Assembly: GCA_965197475.1 (NCBI GenBank)
Contig: CBDANF010000002.1
Span: 96,001-160,000, forward strand
Direction: 5' to 3'
Length of the DNA stretch: 64,000 nucleotides
Origin: Candidatus Poribacteria bacterium
Lineage (GTDB): Bacteria; Poribacteria; WGA-4E; WGA-3G
Numbering within the stretch: the stretch's first letter is position 1; the number at the start of each line of letters is the position of its first letter. The position numbers and the translations under genes are program-made. The notes under the pieces were generated by a model. The model saw only the letters and a program-made list of their open reading frames with translations. It was not told the origin of the DNA and searched no databases. Positions 29,566 to 40,402 of the stretch are shown in pieces.

Positions 29566-29918
29566 ATTAATTTGTTCGCCAATAAAATTTTTGGGGTTAT
29601 ACCTTTACTCCTTGAATTGCCCTTTCGTATCAACCGACACTCAAACGCATTCAGAATAGTTCTGAGCATGTCTAACCGCGGGGCATCTTCACCAGATAGA
29701 ACATCCAAGAGAGTTTCGGCATCAATGCCGGTTCGTTTGGAAAGTTCGGAAACCCCACCCTGCGATTCTACAAAGGTCCGAAGCCCCTTCAGAAAAAAAG
29801 GAAGGTCCCCATCGACTTGGTATTCCTCTAATGTCAATTGCAGATAGTCGATCGCTGCCTCACGGTCGCTGGAAAGTCGTTCGATTAGATAATCACGCCA
29901 GTTTCCCATTTCTCTCAT
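29484..29918 (-). CDS. addiction-module antidote (HTH antitoxin) with a run-on C-terminus
   Basis: WRDYLIERL..AAIDYL..GGVSELSKRTGI..PRLDMLRTILNAF; overlaps the toxin stop. Confidence 0.8.
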   Translation of the reverse strand: MREMGNWRDYLIERLSSDREAAIDYLQLTLEEYQVDGDLPFFLKGLRTFVESQGGVSELSKRTGIDAETLLDVLSGEDAPRLDMLRTILNAFECRLIRKGNSRSKGITPKILLANKLICLCGVQNHFSQPLYSQKKNLITFFLN

Positions 29919-30284
29919 CGGTGTGTCTCCTTGTATTCTATCCAATATGTTTTTGCGAATTCAATATCCCGTGCTTGTGATGCCTTGTCTCCACCACAAA
30001 GTAAAAGAACGAGTGCATTGCCAATTTGACCGAAATAGATGCGATATCCTGGCAATTTGACCGAAATAGATGCGATATCCTGGCCCAAAGTGGAGACGCA
30101 ATTCAAAGACACCTCCACCGACAGATTGGCAATCACCAAAATTGCCATCTTCAAGCCTCTCAAGTCGTTTGTCAATTCTGTTTTGCGTGTTTTTATCTCG
30201 AATGGATTCAAACCATTCAGTGAAGGATTGTTTACCGTTTGGGGCACGGTAGTATTGTATTTCTATCGGATGTCCTTTACCCAT
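29915..30284 (-). pseudogene. RelE/HigB-family addiction-module toxin disrupted by a 31-bp tandem duplication
   Basis: FTEWF..RLERLEDGNFGD..GVFELRLHFGPGYRIYFG-[duplication]-LLLCGGDKASQARDI. Confidence 0.9.
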
Positions 30285-30476
30285 TAACAATCCTTCCATA
30301 TCCCGCCACGTCCGCATAAATAGACAGATCCATTGATTACTAATTATACTCCATTTCCTCTTAAAAATGCAATTGGAATCTACGTTTTTAAAATTCAATT
30401 GATTTTTAAAATCCATTATGCTACAATAAATATCTGAATCAACTAACACAAACGGAGCAGACAACAAAAAACAGAT

Positions 30477-33400
30477 ATGACATTTCAAGAAATAATTTTA
30501 GCAATAGAGAAATTTTGGGCAGATCACGGATGTATCATTCAACAACCTTGCGATATAGAAGTCGGTGCGGGCACATTTAACCCCGCCACATTTTTACGAT
30601 GCCTCGGACCAGAACCGTGGCAGGTTGCGTATGTAGAACCTGTCCGCCGACCCACCGATGGCAGATACGCAGAAAACCCCTTCCGCCTCGGTGCATACTA
30701 CCAATATCAAGTGATATTAAAACCAGCACCAGAAAATGTGCTACCACTCTACCTTGAAAGTCTCTACCATCTCGGCATCTCTCCCCGTAAAAATGACATA
30801 CGTTTTGTAGAAGACGACTGGGAATCACCGACGCTCGGTGCCTCAGGACTCGGCTGGGAAGTCTGGTGGAACGGTGCGGAAGTCACGCAGTTCACCTATT
30901 TTCAACAGATGGGTAGCATTGATCTCGATCCGATTTGCGCTGAAATAACCTACGGACTTGAACGTATCGCACTCTACCTACAGGATGTTGACAACTTTTT
31001 TGACATCCGCTGGAACGAACATCTCAACTATGGAGATGTCCACCGCCAAAGCGAAGTGGAATACTCAACCTACAACTTTGAACACGCAAACGTAGACATG
31101 CTTTTTGACTTGTTTAGCACCTACGAAAAGGAAACCCACGCGTGTTTAGATGCGGGGTTAGTTCTCCCCGCAACCGACCATGTCTTGAGATGTTCACATA
31201 CCTTCAACATGCTGGATGCGCGTGGCGTTATCAGCGTCACGGAACGGGTCAGTTACATTGAACGCGTGAGGCGGCTCGCACAACGTATCGCCCGCGCTTA
31301 CGTCACACAACGCGAAGAGATGGAACACCCACTACTGGGGCGATTCGACACAGAGTCATCTCCTGCCACGGTAGGAGCGGTTTCCAACTGCTCTGAAACA
31401 GCCCCTACTACGGTAGACGAGGTTTCTAACAGCACTGAAACCGCTGAACTGCTATTTGAAATCGGTACGGAAGAGATACCCGCAAGTTATGTACCGCCTG
31501 CTCTTGAACAACTCGGCAAAATTGCAACCGATTCCCTCACAGAACACAGAATTCCGTTCGGCGAAATTCAAACATTCGGCACACCACGCCGGATCATACT
31601 CACTATTAAAGATGTGAAAATGCTGCAAGAAAGCCAAGAGACAGAAGTCACAGGTCCGCCCAAAAGCATCGCTTACGATGAAAACGGTGAACCAACAAAA
31701 GCAGCCATCGGTTTCGCAAAATCACAGGGTGTTAAAATTTCTGATCTCCGCATCGTTGAAACTGAACGTGGGGAATACATCGCCGCATCCAAACTTGAAA
31801 AGGGGATAGCAACGCACGAACTGTTGGAAACACTCCTACCCGAATGGATTGAGGCACTCCGCTTTCCTAAAACAATGCGATGGGAAACAAAGTCTGAAGA
31901 ACCGCGCGCTTATGCCCGCTTTGCCCGCCCCATCCGATGGCTCGTAGCATTACTCGGAGATGAAGTTGTCAACTGCGCTTACGGTGCAGCGCATGCAGGA
32001 CGCATAACTTATGGGCATCGTTCCTTACATCCCGACCCAATCACTTTGGCATCGGCAGACTTAGATACCTACATCCAAGAACTGCACAATGCAGGTGTCA
32101 TTGTCTGTCCAAACGAACGCCTTGATACAATCGAAAAGCAGGTCCGAACCGTTTTAGAAACCGAAGGCTGTCTTCCAAAATTGGATGAAGAATTGCTTGA
32201 TACGGTAAACTATCTTGTAGAAAATCCGCAACCGATTGTCGGTAATTTTAGTGAGTCGCATCTGGAAATACCGCCAGAGGTATTGATTACTGCAATGAAA
32301 AAACATCAACGCTATTTCCCGATGTGGAAAAGCGATACCGAACTTGCCGCAAAATTCATTACCATTTCTAACGGAACAGACGGAAATATTGATGGTGTTC
32401 GGCATGGAAATGAACGTGTCCTCCGAGCAAGGCTCAACGATGCCGAATTCTTCTATAGCGAAGATCAGAAAACCAGTCTTGCTGATAAGGTTGAACGGTT
32501 AGGGGCAGTCATCTTTCACGCCAAACTCAGTTCGCTTTTAGATAAAGCAGAACATCTAAAGGCATTAGTTAAGTTTATCGGCACAGAATTGGAATTAACA
32601 GAAACGACTACTCACCATGCGGAACGTGCGGCTTGGCTCTGCAAAGCAGATTTAACCACACAAATGGTCATAGAATTCCCATCATTGCAAGGGATTACCG
32701 GAAGATACTACGCCAAAAACTCTGGTGAATCTGAAAAGGTAGCAACTGCTATCGCTGAGCATTACCAACCCCTTGGTGCGGACACACCTCTGCCTGAAAC
32801 CCAAATCGGAGCGATACTTGCTATTGCCGACAAACTTGACACTATAGTCGGATATTTCGGAATAGAAGAACGTCCAACAGGTTCACAAGACCCATACTCT
32901 TTACGACGGCATGCACTTGGCACAATCCGTATCCTGCAAGATCGAAAATTATCGATCTCATTAGATGCGGTTATCCAAAAGGCAATCTCTTTGTACGAAG
33001 TGGAATTAGTTGATGATACAAAAACGAGCGTTCTTAATTTTATCAAAGAACGTCTACGCGTTATCTTGCAAACACAGCAATACGCCCCCGACCTTGCTGA
33101 TGCTGTCTTGGCAGTCGGTGATGTTGACATTACAGATATTCACAAACGTGCAAGCGCACTTGCCGAATTTCGCTTGACACCCAATTTTGAGGACATATAT
33201 AATGCACTCAATCGGGTGCTTAGAATCTTACCCGAAAATGCACCGGAAACTGTTGATGTAGCACTGCTAAAAGACGATGCCGAAAAAGAACTATATGCCC
33301 GCATCACCGATGCAGAACCTGATTTTGATAAAAGCATTAAGGCACGCGCGTATTCGAAACTTTTGAAACAGTTAGCAGAACTACGACCTACGATAGACAA

Positions 33401-33551
33401 ATTTTTTGACGATGTCCTCGTTATGGCAGAGGATCCGGATATACGGAGAAATCGATTGGCATTGCTAAATCGTATCGCAAAACCCATCTATACTGTAGCC
33501 GATCTTAGGAAATTGGTAATTGCGGGGAATAGGGCAATTTTATGTTGTTGA
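30477..33551 (+). CDS. glyQS: glycine--tRNA ligase, fused alpha and beta subunits
   Basis: [29 protein letters not shown]; [46 protein letters not shown]. Confidence 0.97.
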   Translation: MTFQEIILAIEKFWADHGCIIQQPCDIEVGAGTFNPATFLRCLGPEPWQVAYVEPVRRPTDGRYAENPFRLGAYYQYQVILKPAPENVLPLYLESLYHLGISPRKNDIRFVEDDWESPTLGASGLGWEVWWNGAEVTQFTYFQQMGSIDLDPICAEITYGLERIALYLQDVDNFFDIRWNEHLNYGDVHRQSEVEYSTYNFEHANVDMLFDLFSTYEKETHACLDAGLVLPATDHVLRCSHTFNMLDARGVISVTERVSYIERVRRLAQRIARAYVTQREEMEHPLLGRFDTESSPATVGAVSNCSETAPTTVDEVSNSTETAELLFEIGTEEIPASYVPPALEQLGKIATDSLTEHRIPFGEIQTFGTPRRIILTIKDVKMLQESQETEVTGPPKSIAYDENGEPTKAAIGFAKSQGVKISDLRIVETERGEYIAASKLEKGIATHELLETLLPEWIEALRFPKTMRWETKSEEPRAYARFARPIRWLVALLGDEVVNCAYGAAHAGRITYGHRSLHPDPITLASADLDTYIQELHNAGVIVCPNERLDTIEKQVRTVLETEGCLPKLDEELLDTVNYLVENPQPIVGNFSESHLEIPPEVLITAMKKHQRYFPMWKSDTELAAKFITISNGTDGNIDGVRHGNERVLRARLNDAEFFYSEDQKTSLADKVERLGAVIFHAKLSSLLDKAEHLKALVKFIGTELELTETTTHHAERAAWLCKADLTTQMVIEFPSLQGITGRYYAKNSGESEKVATAIAEHYQPLGADTPLPETQIGAILAIADKLDTIVGYFGIEERPTGSQDPYSLRRHALGTIRILQDRKLSISLDAVIQKAISLYEVELVDDTKTSVLNFIKERLRVILQTQQYAPDLADAVLAVGDVDITDIHKRASALAEFRLTPNFEDIYNALNRVLRILPENAPETVDVALLKDDAEKELYARITDAEPDFDKSIKARAYSKLLKQLAELRPTIDKFFDDVLVMAEDPDIRRNRLALLNRIAKPIYTVADLRKLVIAGNRAILCC

Positions 33552-33562
33552 GGCAATATTCT

Positions 33563-36500
33563 ATGAAACGATTCACTATTATCTGTATTCATTTCATTCT
33601 TTGTATCGCATTACTCATCGGGTGCGGTGAAAAAGAAGACAAAGCGATTCTCTCGGCAAGGCAAGCAATCGTTCGAGGGGATTATGCAGCCGCAGAGTCC
33701 GCAATTCAAAAATCGCGCGCCAACGATTCAGAGAACCAGGAAGCACTCCATCTCAACCGCTTACTTCAGTTGCGAAATAGCACAGATACGAATAATTGGC
33801 ATCAAGCCATTGCACAAGTCTTGCAGCATCTTGAAACGTTGAATACAGATATTGACGCAATTTCAATACTTGAAGACCCGGATTCAGATGAACTAAACCA
33901 ACAAGAACGGCTTATCCGTTCACGAAATTCTATCTCTGGACTACTCGCAACCGCGCTTGCAATGGCAGTTGAAAAACAGCCAGCACTGCTGTCGAATTTA
34001 GCAGAGCGGGCAGATGCCGTTGTTGTTACAGGGCTATTAGAGGCACAGAAATGTTATCAACCGGCTGTCCACGAAGCGGTTGCCCAACTTTTGCAACAAC
34101 TACGCAGTAAAACAGAAGGCGCAGAGTCCAACTTTGCCACTCTGCTAAAAAACGCTATGCAACATCAAGACCCACAGATACGCAAAGCAGCAATCCACGA
34201 ATTAGGTGCGCTACAAAACAATGAACTCATTCCAACGTATAAATTAATCCTCACCAAAACGGATGAAGCACCGGAAGTGGCTTATAGTGCTATCGTTGCC
34301 GTGGGTACACTCTGCAAACCCGAATTTCAACTAGACCCCGAACTTGTATCAACACTTCAACTTGCAACAAGGAACAATAGCGCGCAAGTCCGAATGCACG
34401 CAGCAAAATTACTCGGCAAGCTCCAAGCAGCAGAAGCGATTGACGATCTAATTAAACTTTTAGCGGATTCCAACAGTTATGTGAAAAGCACCGCTATAGA
34501 TGCCCTTAACAGAATTGGTGAACCCGCGATCGTACCACTTTTGGCTGTGCTTGAAACCGGCGCACGCAACATCATCCCAGACGAAGATGACGGCTTTTCC
34601 GAACGATACCGATATATCGCAAGTGCATATATTGACGATTCTTGGATGAAAAAATACCGTTTGAGGGCACAATCCGCAGCAATTGATACTTTAGGAATAC
34701 TCAAGGCAGAAGTGGCAGTTAGTCCCTTAATTCAACTTTTGGCGAATGAAGATTTAAAAGGTGCAGCGCGCGCCGCTTTAATCTCAATGCGGGGTGTGGC
34801 GGTTCCAGCACTTTTGGACACACTTCAAACCGATGAATTCCATGTGCAGTTAGAGTCCGCAAACACACTCAGCAGTATCGGAGATAGACGCGCTATACAA
34901 CCGTTTATTGACTTTCTAACAGGTGATGCTAACAAAAAGGTTAAAGCCATTGCCGCAAAAGCACTTGGAAACATGCGTGCACGCGGTCCAAACAACGCAT
35001 CTGTTACCGCACTTACCGCAGCACTTGCGCTTGACGATACAACAGCCACGCAAGCAGCGGATGCTCTCGGCAAAATTAATGTCTCCTCTGAAGAAACAAT
35101 TCGCAAATTGATTGCTATTTCAATGGATAAACTGCGTCGCGAAACAGTCCGATCTGCAGCGATCAACGCATTGTGGCAACTGAAATCCTCAAACGCTACG
35201 CAGCCAATGCTGCTTCTCATGTTGAGTGATGAGACGAGTGCTGTCATCCGCGCAAACGCTGTGAAGGTGCTTAGCCGCATTAAAGATACAGAAACCCTTC
35301 CTGCCCTTTTTTGGGTCTTGTCAATGCAGTACGATGAAATCTCTGATTTTCAGCGTCACATGAAACGGAAGTACAAAACACTTGACGCGCTCAGAACCCA
35401 TCTTGATTCTCTGAATATCGAATGGACAGCAGATTATCCGCGTCCCTATTATCGGATTTGGGGTGAACTTAAGCCTATTCCCAGTCTTGTTCGGAGCGAA
35501 GTCGCACACACACTCGGCATTTTCAAAGGCGATACTGTCGTTGAACCGCTGACGAACGCATTAGCAGACGATCAACGGGCAACAGTCCGGCGCAGTGCCG
35601 CATGGGCACTCGGCAGAGTCGGTGGTGATAACGCCGTTGATGCACTGATTACTGCTCTAAAGAAGGATAAACAGGGTGTAGTGCGCCAAGAAGCAGCCAT
35701 CGCTTTAGGCACAATCAAATCGCAGAAAAGTGCTGATCCTTTACTGGATATAATCAGAACTGACAAGTATGAAACCGCACGACTTGAAGCAACGAAAGCA
35801 CTCAGAGAGATAAGCCCTACGCTTGTTGATAAAGGGCTTGTTGACATCATCAAAAAAGGACGCGGCAGCTTTGAAGAAGGTCATGAAGTTCAATCTGTCC
35901 AAAATGAAGTTATCGGTGCACTTTTAACAAATGGGAACGCGACTACTACCAGCTTTCTGCTTGATGCACTCAAATCCGCTAACAATGAATGGACTCGCTG
36001 GGCAATCGTCTATATGCTTGGTGTCATTCATAACAGCGCAGCGTTAGACACGATGCTTGAAGAGTTGAAAAACCCAAGTTATGTCATTCGCAAAGAGGCC
36101 GTTACTCGGTTCGGCGGTTTTAAAGACCGAAAGACAGTGGAACCCTTAATTGCAATCCTTGAAAATCGCGAAGAATCGAAATCCATCCGTGCAGCTGCAG
36201 TTGCCTCGTTGAATGCACTTCGCGACGAACGCACGGCACCAGCACTCCGCGAAGCACTCAACGATGAAAATAGTGCTGTTCGGTTACAAGCTGTCGCTGC
36301 ATTGGGAAGTATAAAAGACGCAAAAGCGGTACCTAAACTGAGCGAAATGGTTGAAAATCAGTTAGAGACTGATGCTATCCGGGCTGCAGCTGTCACTGCA
36401 CTCGGTAACATCGGCGATAAGACTTCAGAAGACCTCCTAATCCGTGCACTTAACATCCGAATCGGCAATATCGCCAATAACGCTATCGTTGCACTTGGAA

Positions 36501-37420
36501 AACTGGAAAGCACAACTGCTGTCCCGCAATTAATTACTATCTTAGAGGATAAACGGGTTGTGTTAGATGCCAGCACGCTTGCATTGGCTAACGCCTCTCC
36601 TCGCATCAAAGCTGCGGGTGCACTCGGTAAAATCGGTGGAACTGAGGCAACAAACGCTCTCGCTAATCGTCTCATTGACGACACAGAGTATATTGTCGCA
36701 CTTGAAGATGAGTGGAACAGACGCAATTTAGCACTTAACGATAGGAAACGGAACTGGAGTTGGGAATTACTTGTCGGCACTGCGAAAAAAATTAATCTAC
36801 CAGAGTTCATTGCAGAAAAAATGCAAGCGCGTGCAGACGATGAATGGGAAAGTAATCCTATCAGAAACGCTGCATCAGTAGCATTGGGACGCACACGTTC
36901 CCTTAATCTTTCACAGATCAGAGAAGCACTATCCGATTCAGATGTAGACACCCGAAAAGATACTACACGTAAAATCGGGGAAACAGGAACGATGGCATTA
37001 GCAGCAGACCTTGTTCTCGTCGCAAACGGAGAAAATGAGGACAATAAAGATGTCAGGCGATTGGCAACGCAAGCACTCGGTGAACTCGCGGATGTTTCAA
37101 CAACCGACCCTCTCATTGCAGTCATGAATAACGATGAAAATCATATTGAAATCCGCAGAGATGCTGCACGCGCACTCGGCAAAATTGGGACCGACGAAGC
37201 GGTTTCAGCACTTGTTGCAAAACTTACCGAGTTGCATGCGGAGCAAACAGAACGTGCATTCCGCATCAATCTGATACAAGCACTTGGAGATGCAAAAAAC
37301 GATAGTACGACGCAGATTCTGGAGACAGTTTTAGAAGACTCAGATGCGGATATCCACTTCCTAGCGGCATCCGCACTCTTTGAGATTACCGGTAAAGGCT
37401 ACGGCTACGATCGACTATAA
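33563..37420 (+). CDS. HEAT/PBS-lyase repeat lipoprotein
   Basis: Lipobox LIGC; many VRxxAAxALGxI repeats. Confidence 0.88.
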   Translation: MKRFTIICIHFILCIALLIGCGEKEDKAILSARQAIVRGDYAAAESAIQKSRANDSENQEALHLNRLLQLRNSTDTNNWHQAIAQVLQHLETLNTDIDAISILEDPDSDELNQQERLIRSRNSISGLLATALAMAVEKQPALLSNLAERADAVVVTGLLEAQKCYQPAVHEAVAQLLQQLRSKTEGAESNFATLLKNAMQHQDPQIRKAAIHELGALQNNELIPTYKLILTKTDEAPEVAYSAIVAVGTLCKPEFQLDPELVSTLQLATRNNSAQVRMHAAKLLGKLQAAEAIDDLIKLLADSNSYVKSTAIDALNRIGEPAIVPLLAVLETGARNIIPDEDDGFSERYRYIASAYIDDSWMKKYRLRAQSAAIDTLGILKAEVAVSPLIQLLANEDLKGAARAALISMRGVAVPALLDTLQTDEFHVQLESANTLSSIGDRRAIQPFIDFLTGDANKKVKAIAAKALGNMRARGPNNASVTALTAALALDDTTATQAADALGKINVSSEETIRKLIAISMDKLRRETVRSAAINALWQLKSSNATQPMLLLMLSDETSAVIRANAVKVLSRIKDTETLPALFWVLSMQYDEISDFQRHMKRKYKTLDALRTHLDSLNIEWTADYPRPYYRIWGELKPIPSLVRSEVAHTLGIFKGDTVVEPLTNALADDQRATVRRSAAWALGRVGGDNAVDALITALKKDKQGVVRQEAAIALGTIKSQKSADPLLDIIRTDKYETARLEATKALREISPTLVDKGLVDIIKKGRGSFEEGHEVQSVQNEVIGALLTNGNATTTSFLLDALKSANNEWTRWAIVYMLGVIHNSAALDTMLEELKNPSYVIRKEAVTRFGGFKDRKTVEPLIAILENREESKSIRAAAVASLNALRDERTAPALREALNDENSAVRLQAVAALGSIKDAKAVPKLSEMVENQLETDAIRAAAVTALGNIGDKTSEDLLIRALNIRIGNIANNAIVALGKLESTTAVPQLITILEDKRVVLDASTLALANASPRIKAAGALGKIGGTEATNALANRLIDDTEYIVALEDEWNRRNLALNDRKRNWSWELLVGTAKKINLPEFIAEKMQARADDEWESNPIRNAASVALGRTRSLNLSQIREALSDSDVDTRKDTTRKIGETGTMALAADLVLVANGENEDNKDVRRLATQALGELADVSTTDPLIAVMNNDENHIEIRRDAARALGKIGTDEAVSALVAKLTELHAEQTERAFRINLIQALGDAKNDSTTQILETVLEDSDADIHFLAASALFEITGKGYGYDRL

Positions 37421-37562
37421 CGCAGACACGGTTTGTAGTCGCGCAATTCATTGCGCCTCTCTGAATTTCTTTGAAATTATCTTAGATATAAATGTCTCAA
37501 TAATTACGAGTTTTGAGACCCAGCGGGGCGAAATGTGTATTAATCAGATAAAGGAGATTTAT

Positions 37563-37886
37563 ATAGCTTTTTTTGAATTACGTCAATATCGGACCCAACC
37601 CGGACAACGCGAAAACTGGGTCAAATACATGGAAGAAACGGTCATCCCGTTCCAGATTTCCAAAGGGATGGTTGTCATCGGAAGTTTCATCGGTGAAAAA
37701 GAGGATGACCTCTACGTCTGGATTCGTAGGTTTGAAGACGAGGAGCAGCGCGAAAAACTCTACGCGGCGGTTTATGAAGACGATAGATGGGTAAACGAAA
37801 TCTCTGCACGCGTCGGTGAACTCATTGATAGAACAAAAATCGTTGTTACGCGAATGGAACCGACCTCGCGCTCGCCACACCAATAA
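37563..37886 (+). CDS. NIPSNAP family protein (ATA at the start position)
   Basis: AAGGAG RBS then ATA GCT TTT TTT GAA; FFELRQY..YVWIRRF..PTSRSP. Confidence 0.75.
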   Translation: MAFFELRQYRTQPGQRENWVKYMEETVIPFQISKGMVVIGSFIGEKEDDLYVWIRRFEDEEQREKLYAAVYEDDRWVNEISARVGELIDRTKIVVTRMEPTSRSPHQ

Positions 37887-37905
37887 CAGTAACGGAGATG
37901 GTTTA

Positions 37906-38652
37906 ATGAACGCTGAAGAAAAATATCTGTTTGATCTGTGGGGATATGTGAATATAGAAGGTGTCTTAGAGGTGGAAGAGCTCACAGAATTGAACGCTTT
38001 GATTGACGCGCAAGACTATCCTGATCCTGCAGGCGACAACATCCATTCACAACGCTTCGGTGGCTTCTTAAGTTGGGAAAATGATGCGTTTCGGAAACTT
38101 CTCAATCACCCACGCATCATGCCGTGCTTAGCAGAGATAGTAGGTCCAAAATTTCGGCTTGATCATGTTTACGGCATCTTGATGAAAGAAGGCAACCCTG
38201 GTGGAACACTCCACGGCGGCGGCACCCCTTACGATCCATCACAATACTACGTTTTCCGAAATGATCGTATGTATAACGGCTTAACTGTTGTTTCGTGGGC
38301 GTTGACAGACATGCTTCCGGAACACGGTGGTTTCTGCTGCATTCCCGGCAGCCATAAAAGCAATTATCCGTGTCCTCCAAAGTTCCGTCCGGTGAAGGAT
38401 AACAAAACATGTATGGCACCGGTGCATCAGAAGGCGGGCGATGCCGTCATCTTCACGGAAGCGTTGACGCACGGCACCCTTCCGTGGACTGCTACACATC
38501 AACGCCGCTCAATTCTGTTCAAGTATTCCCCAGGGCATGCATCATGGGGACGAGAAAGGTATGACGAAGCACTCCACAACCTGATGACTGATGAAGATCA
38601 GAAGCTTATGCTTGAACCACCTTATGTGTATCACCGAAAACCGGTCGTTTAG
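37906..38652 (+). CDS. PhyH family dioxygenase
   Basis: FDLWGY, LHGG, CIPGSHK, KAGDAVIFTEALTHG. Confidence 0.88.
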   Translation: MNAEEKYLFDLWGYVNIEGVLEVEELTELNALIDAQDYPDPAGDNIHSQRFGGFLSWENDAFRKLLNHPRIMPCLAEIVGPKFRLDHVYGILMKEGNPGGTLHGGGTPYDPSQYYVFRNDRMYNGLTVVSWALTDMLPEHGGFCCIPGSHKSNYPCPPKFRPVKDNKTCMAPVHQKAGDAVIFTEALTHGTLPWTATHQRRSILFKYSPGHASWGRERYDEALHNLMTDEDQKLMLEPPYVYHRKPVV

Positions 38653-38910
38653 GTAATTATTTCGGTAAATATTACGTTAGCTGTGTCTACTAAGATAGAA
38701 GAGAGGATTTGCATGAACAACGAACTAACAGTGAACATACACCTTCTTAACAACATTTAGATTTATTAAATTCGTGTAAAATGTTATTCGCTCATGTAAA
38801 AGGTGTGTGCGGTTATTTTTAATAAAGTCAATGACCACGCGGGTTAAAAGTTTTCATTGGCACTCATTCTTTACATGAGCCAAAGAAATTGAACCACAAG
38901 GAGAAACCAA

Positions 38911-39384
38911 ATGAAACGCACTTACACAATACTCGGAATTTTGCTAACTTTATTGCTTTTTGTTTTTTTGGGAAACTTATACTTCGCCAAAACGACAAAA
39001 GCAGACACATTCGTAATAAAAGATTTAGAAGGCAACCCAAGACTTGTAAACGTTGACGGAAGGTTTAGAAAGCCACATCGTCCGTTAGTTGAAGGTGATG
39101 CCCCTTACACACCGACTAAATTGGAATGGCTTGTACTTACTTTGAATTCAAAATATAATAAATTTCATAGCAATTACGCTATCTACTATGAAGCAGATGA
39201 CGGTGGCAATAAAGTTCTTGTGTATATTACGTACGAGGACTTACCTGTAGAAAAACTGAAGGAATTAAATAAGTCAGTACAGATTAATGCATTAGCACTC
39301 GCAAGGCGTTATGGTTGGCAAAATTGGGTAGAAGTGGACGTATTTATTATTGAAAAAGACGTTCCCGAATGTAATGAAGAATAA
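38911..39384 (+). CDS. hypothetical exported protein
   Basis: AAGGAG RBS, N-terminal hydrophobic segment. Confidence 0.75.
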   Translation: MKRTYTILGILLTLLLFVFLGNLYFAKTTKADTFVIKDLEGNPRLVNVDGRFRKPHRPLVEGDAPYTPTKLEWLVLTLNSKYNKFHSNYAIYYEADDGGNKVLVYITYEDLPVEKLKELNKSVQINALALARRYGWQNWVEVDVFIIEKDVPECNEE

Positions 39385-39569
39385 ATAACCCCAACCCGCC
39401 CAATGTGCAGGTGGCGGCTGCGAAAAGCGCAGAAAAACAGCACTACTCTTCAATACTAAACGGTTTTTCGCGGGAGCCGTAAAATCCCCACATTTCACAC
39501 ATTTTTACAGAAAGGAAAAAATATTTGAAACTTCGTTTTGATGAATCAAAAATTCGCTATTATGCGTCT

Positions 39570-40322
39570 CAATATGCATATAGTAAACCTCCGCCATATT
39601 AGCAATCTTCTTCAGTTCGGTGATACCACCTACGTGGGAGGTATCAGGTTGTAAATAAGCAACCGCCTGTTTCTCAAAAACTTCGCGAAAACCTCAGCGG
39701 GTCAGCAGGCGTTCACCGGTAGCAATCGGAAACGGAACATGGTCAGACACTAATTTCAGAGCATCAACGTTTTCTTGTGGAACAGGTTCCTCAACGAACA
39801 TTGGACGCATACCTTAAACGCATCAATCACTGCAGGAGGTTCATGACCACGCTATTTGCCACCGGGACCGCTTTTAAACGCTGTGTAACCGCCTTTTCGC
39901 TGTAAGGATTCAAGTCGTTCTTTTGCAGAGGCTTTTCCTTCGTCAGTTAAGCTGCCGATACCCCAATGTGCATAAACGCGGATACGGTCACGCACAGCAC
40001 CACCTAAGAGTTGATAAGTTGGCACACCGTGATATTTGCCCGCAATATCCCACAACGCCTGATCAATTCCGGACAGGGCAGACATCAAGATGTTGCCGCC
40101 TCGGAAGAATGCAGATCGGTAGACATGCTGCCAATGGTGTTCAATACGTAACGGGTCTTTACCGATAAAATAGTCGGCAAGTTCTTCAACTGCCGCCCAT
40201 GTGCTTTTGGGTTTACCTTCAAGTGTTGTTTCACCCCATCCAACGATGCCGGTGTCAGTCGTAATTTTTACAAGCCGCATCCGACGACGTGGATAAAATT
40301 GTTCAATAGTCGCTATTTTCAT
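39570..40322 (-). pseudogene. dgoD: galactonate dehydratase (enolase superfamily) pseudogene
   Basis: GWGE..IEHHWQHVYR..ALSGIDQALWDI; TAG at 39852, internal deletion near 39815, then FVEEP..ATGER, TGA at 39694, LQPD..GGITE, truncated. Confidence 0.85.
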
Positions 40323-40402
40323 TAGAACTTCCTTTACAAGTTTTTCAGCACTGCTTTCAGATCTTTTTACCAACAACCGCCAACCAAATTATAGGAGAAA
40401 TT

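Noticed and set aside
36358-37125. Long antisense ORFs over the HEAT, TPR and WD40 genes
   Set aside because: Shadow frames of repetitive coding sequence, with no RBS or family motifs.
39852-39854. In-frame TAG as evidence for pyrrolysine or recoding
   Set aside because: The same gene has a TGA, a deletion and a truncation; many intact genes here end in TAG; no pyl genes are in the window.
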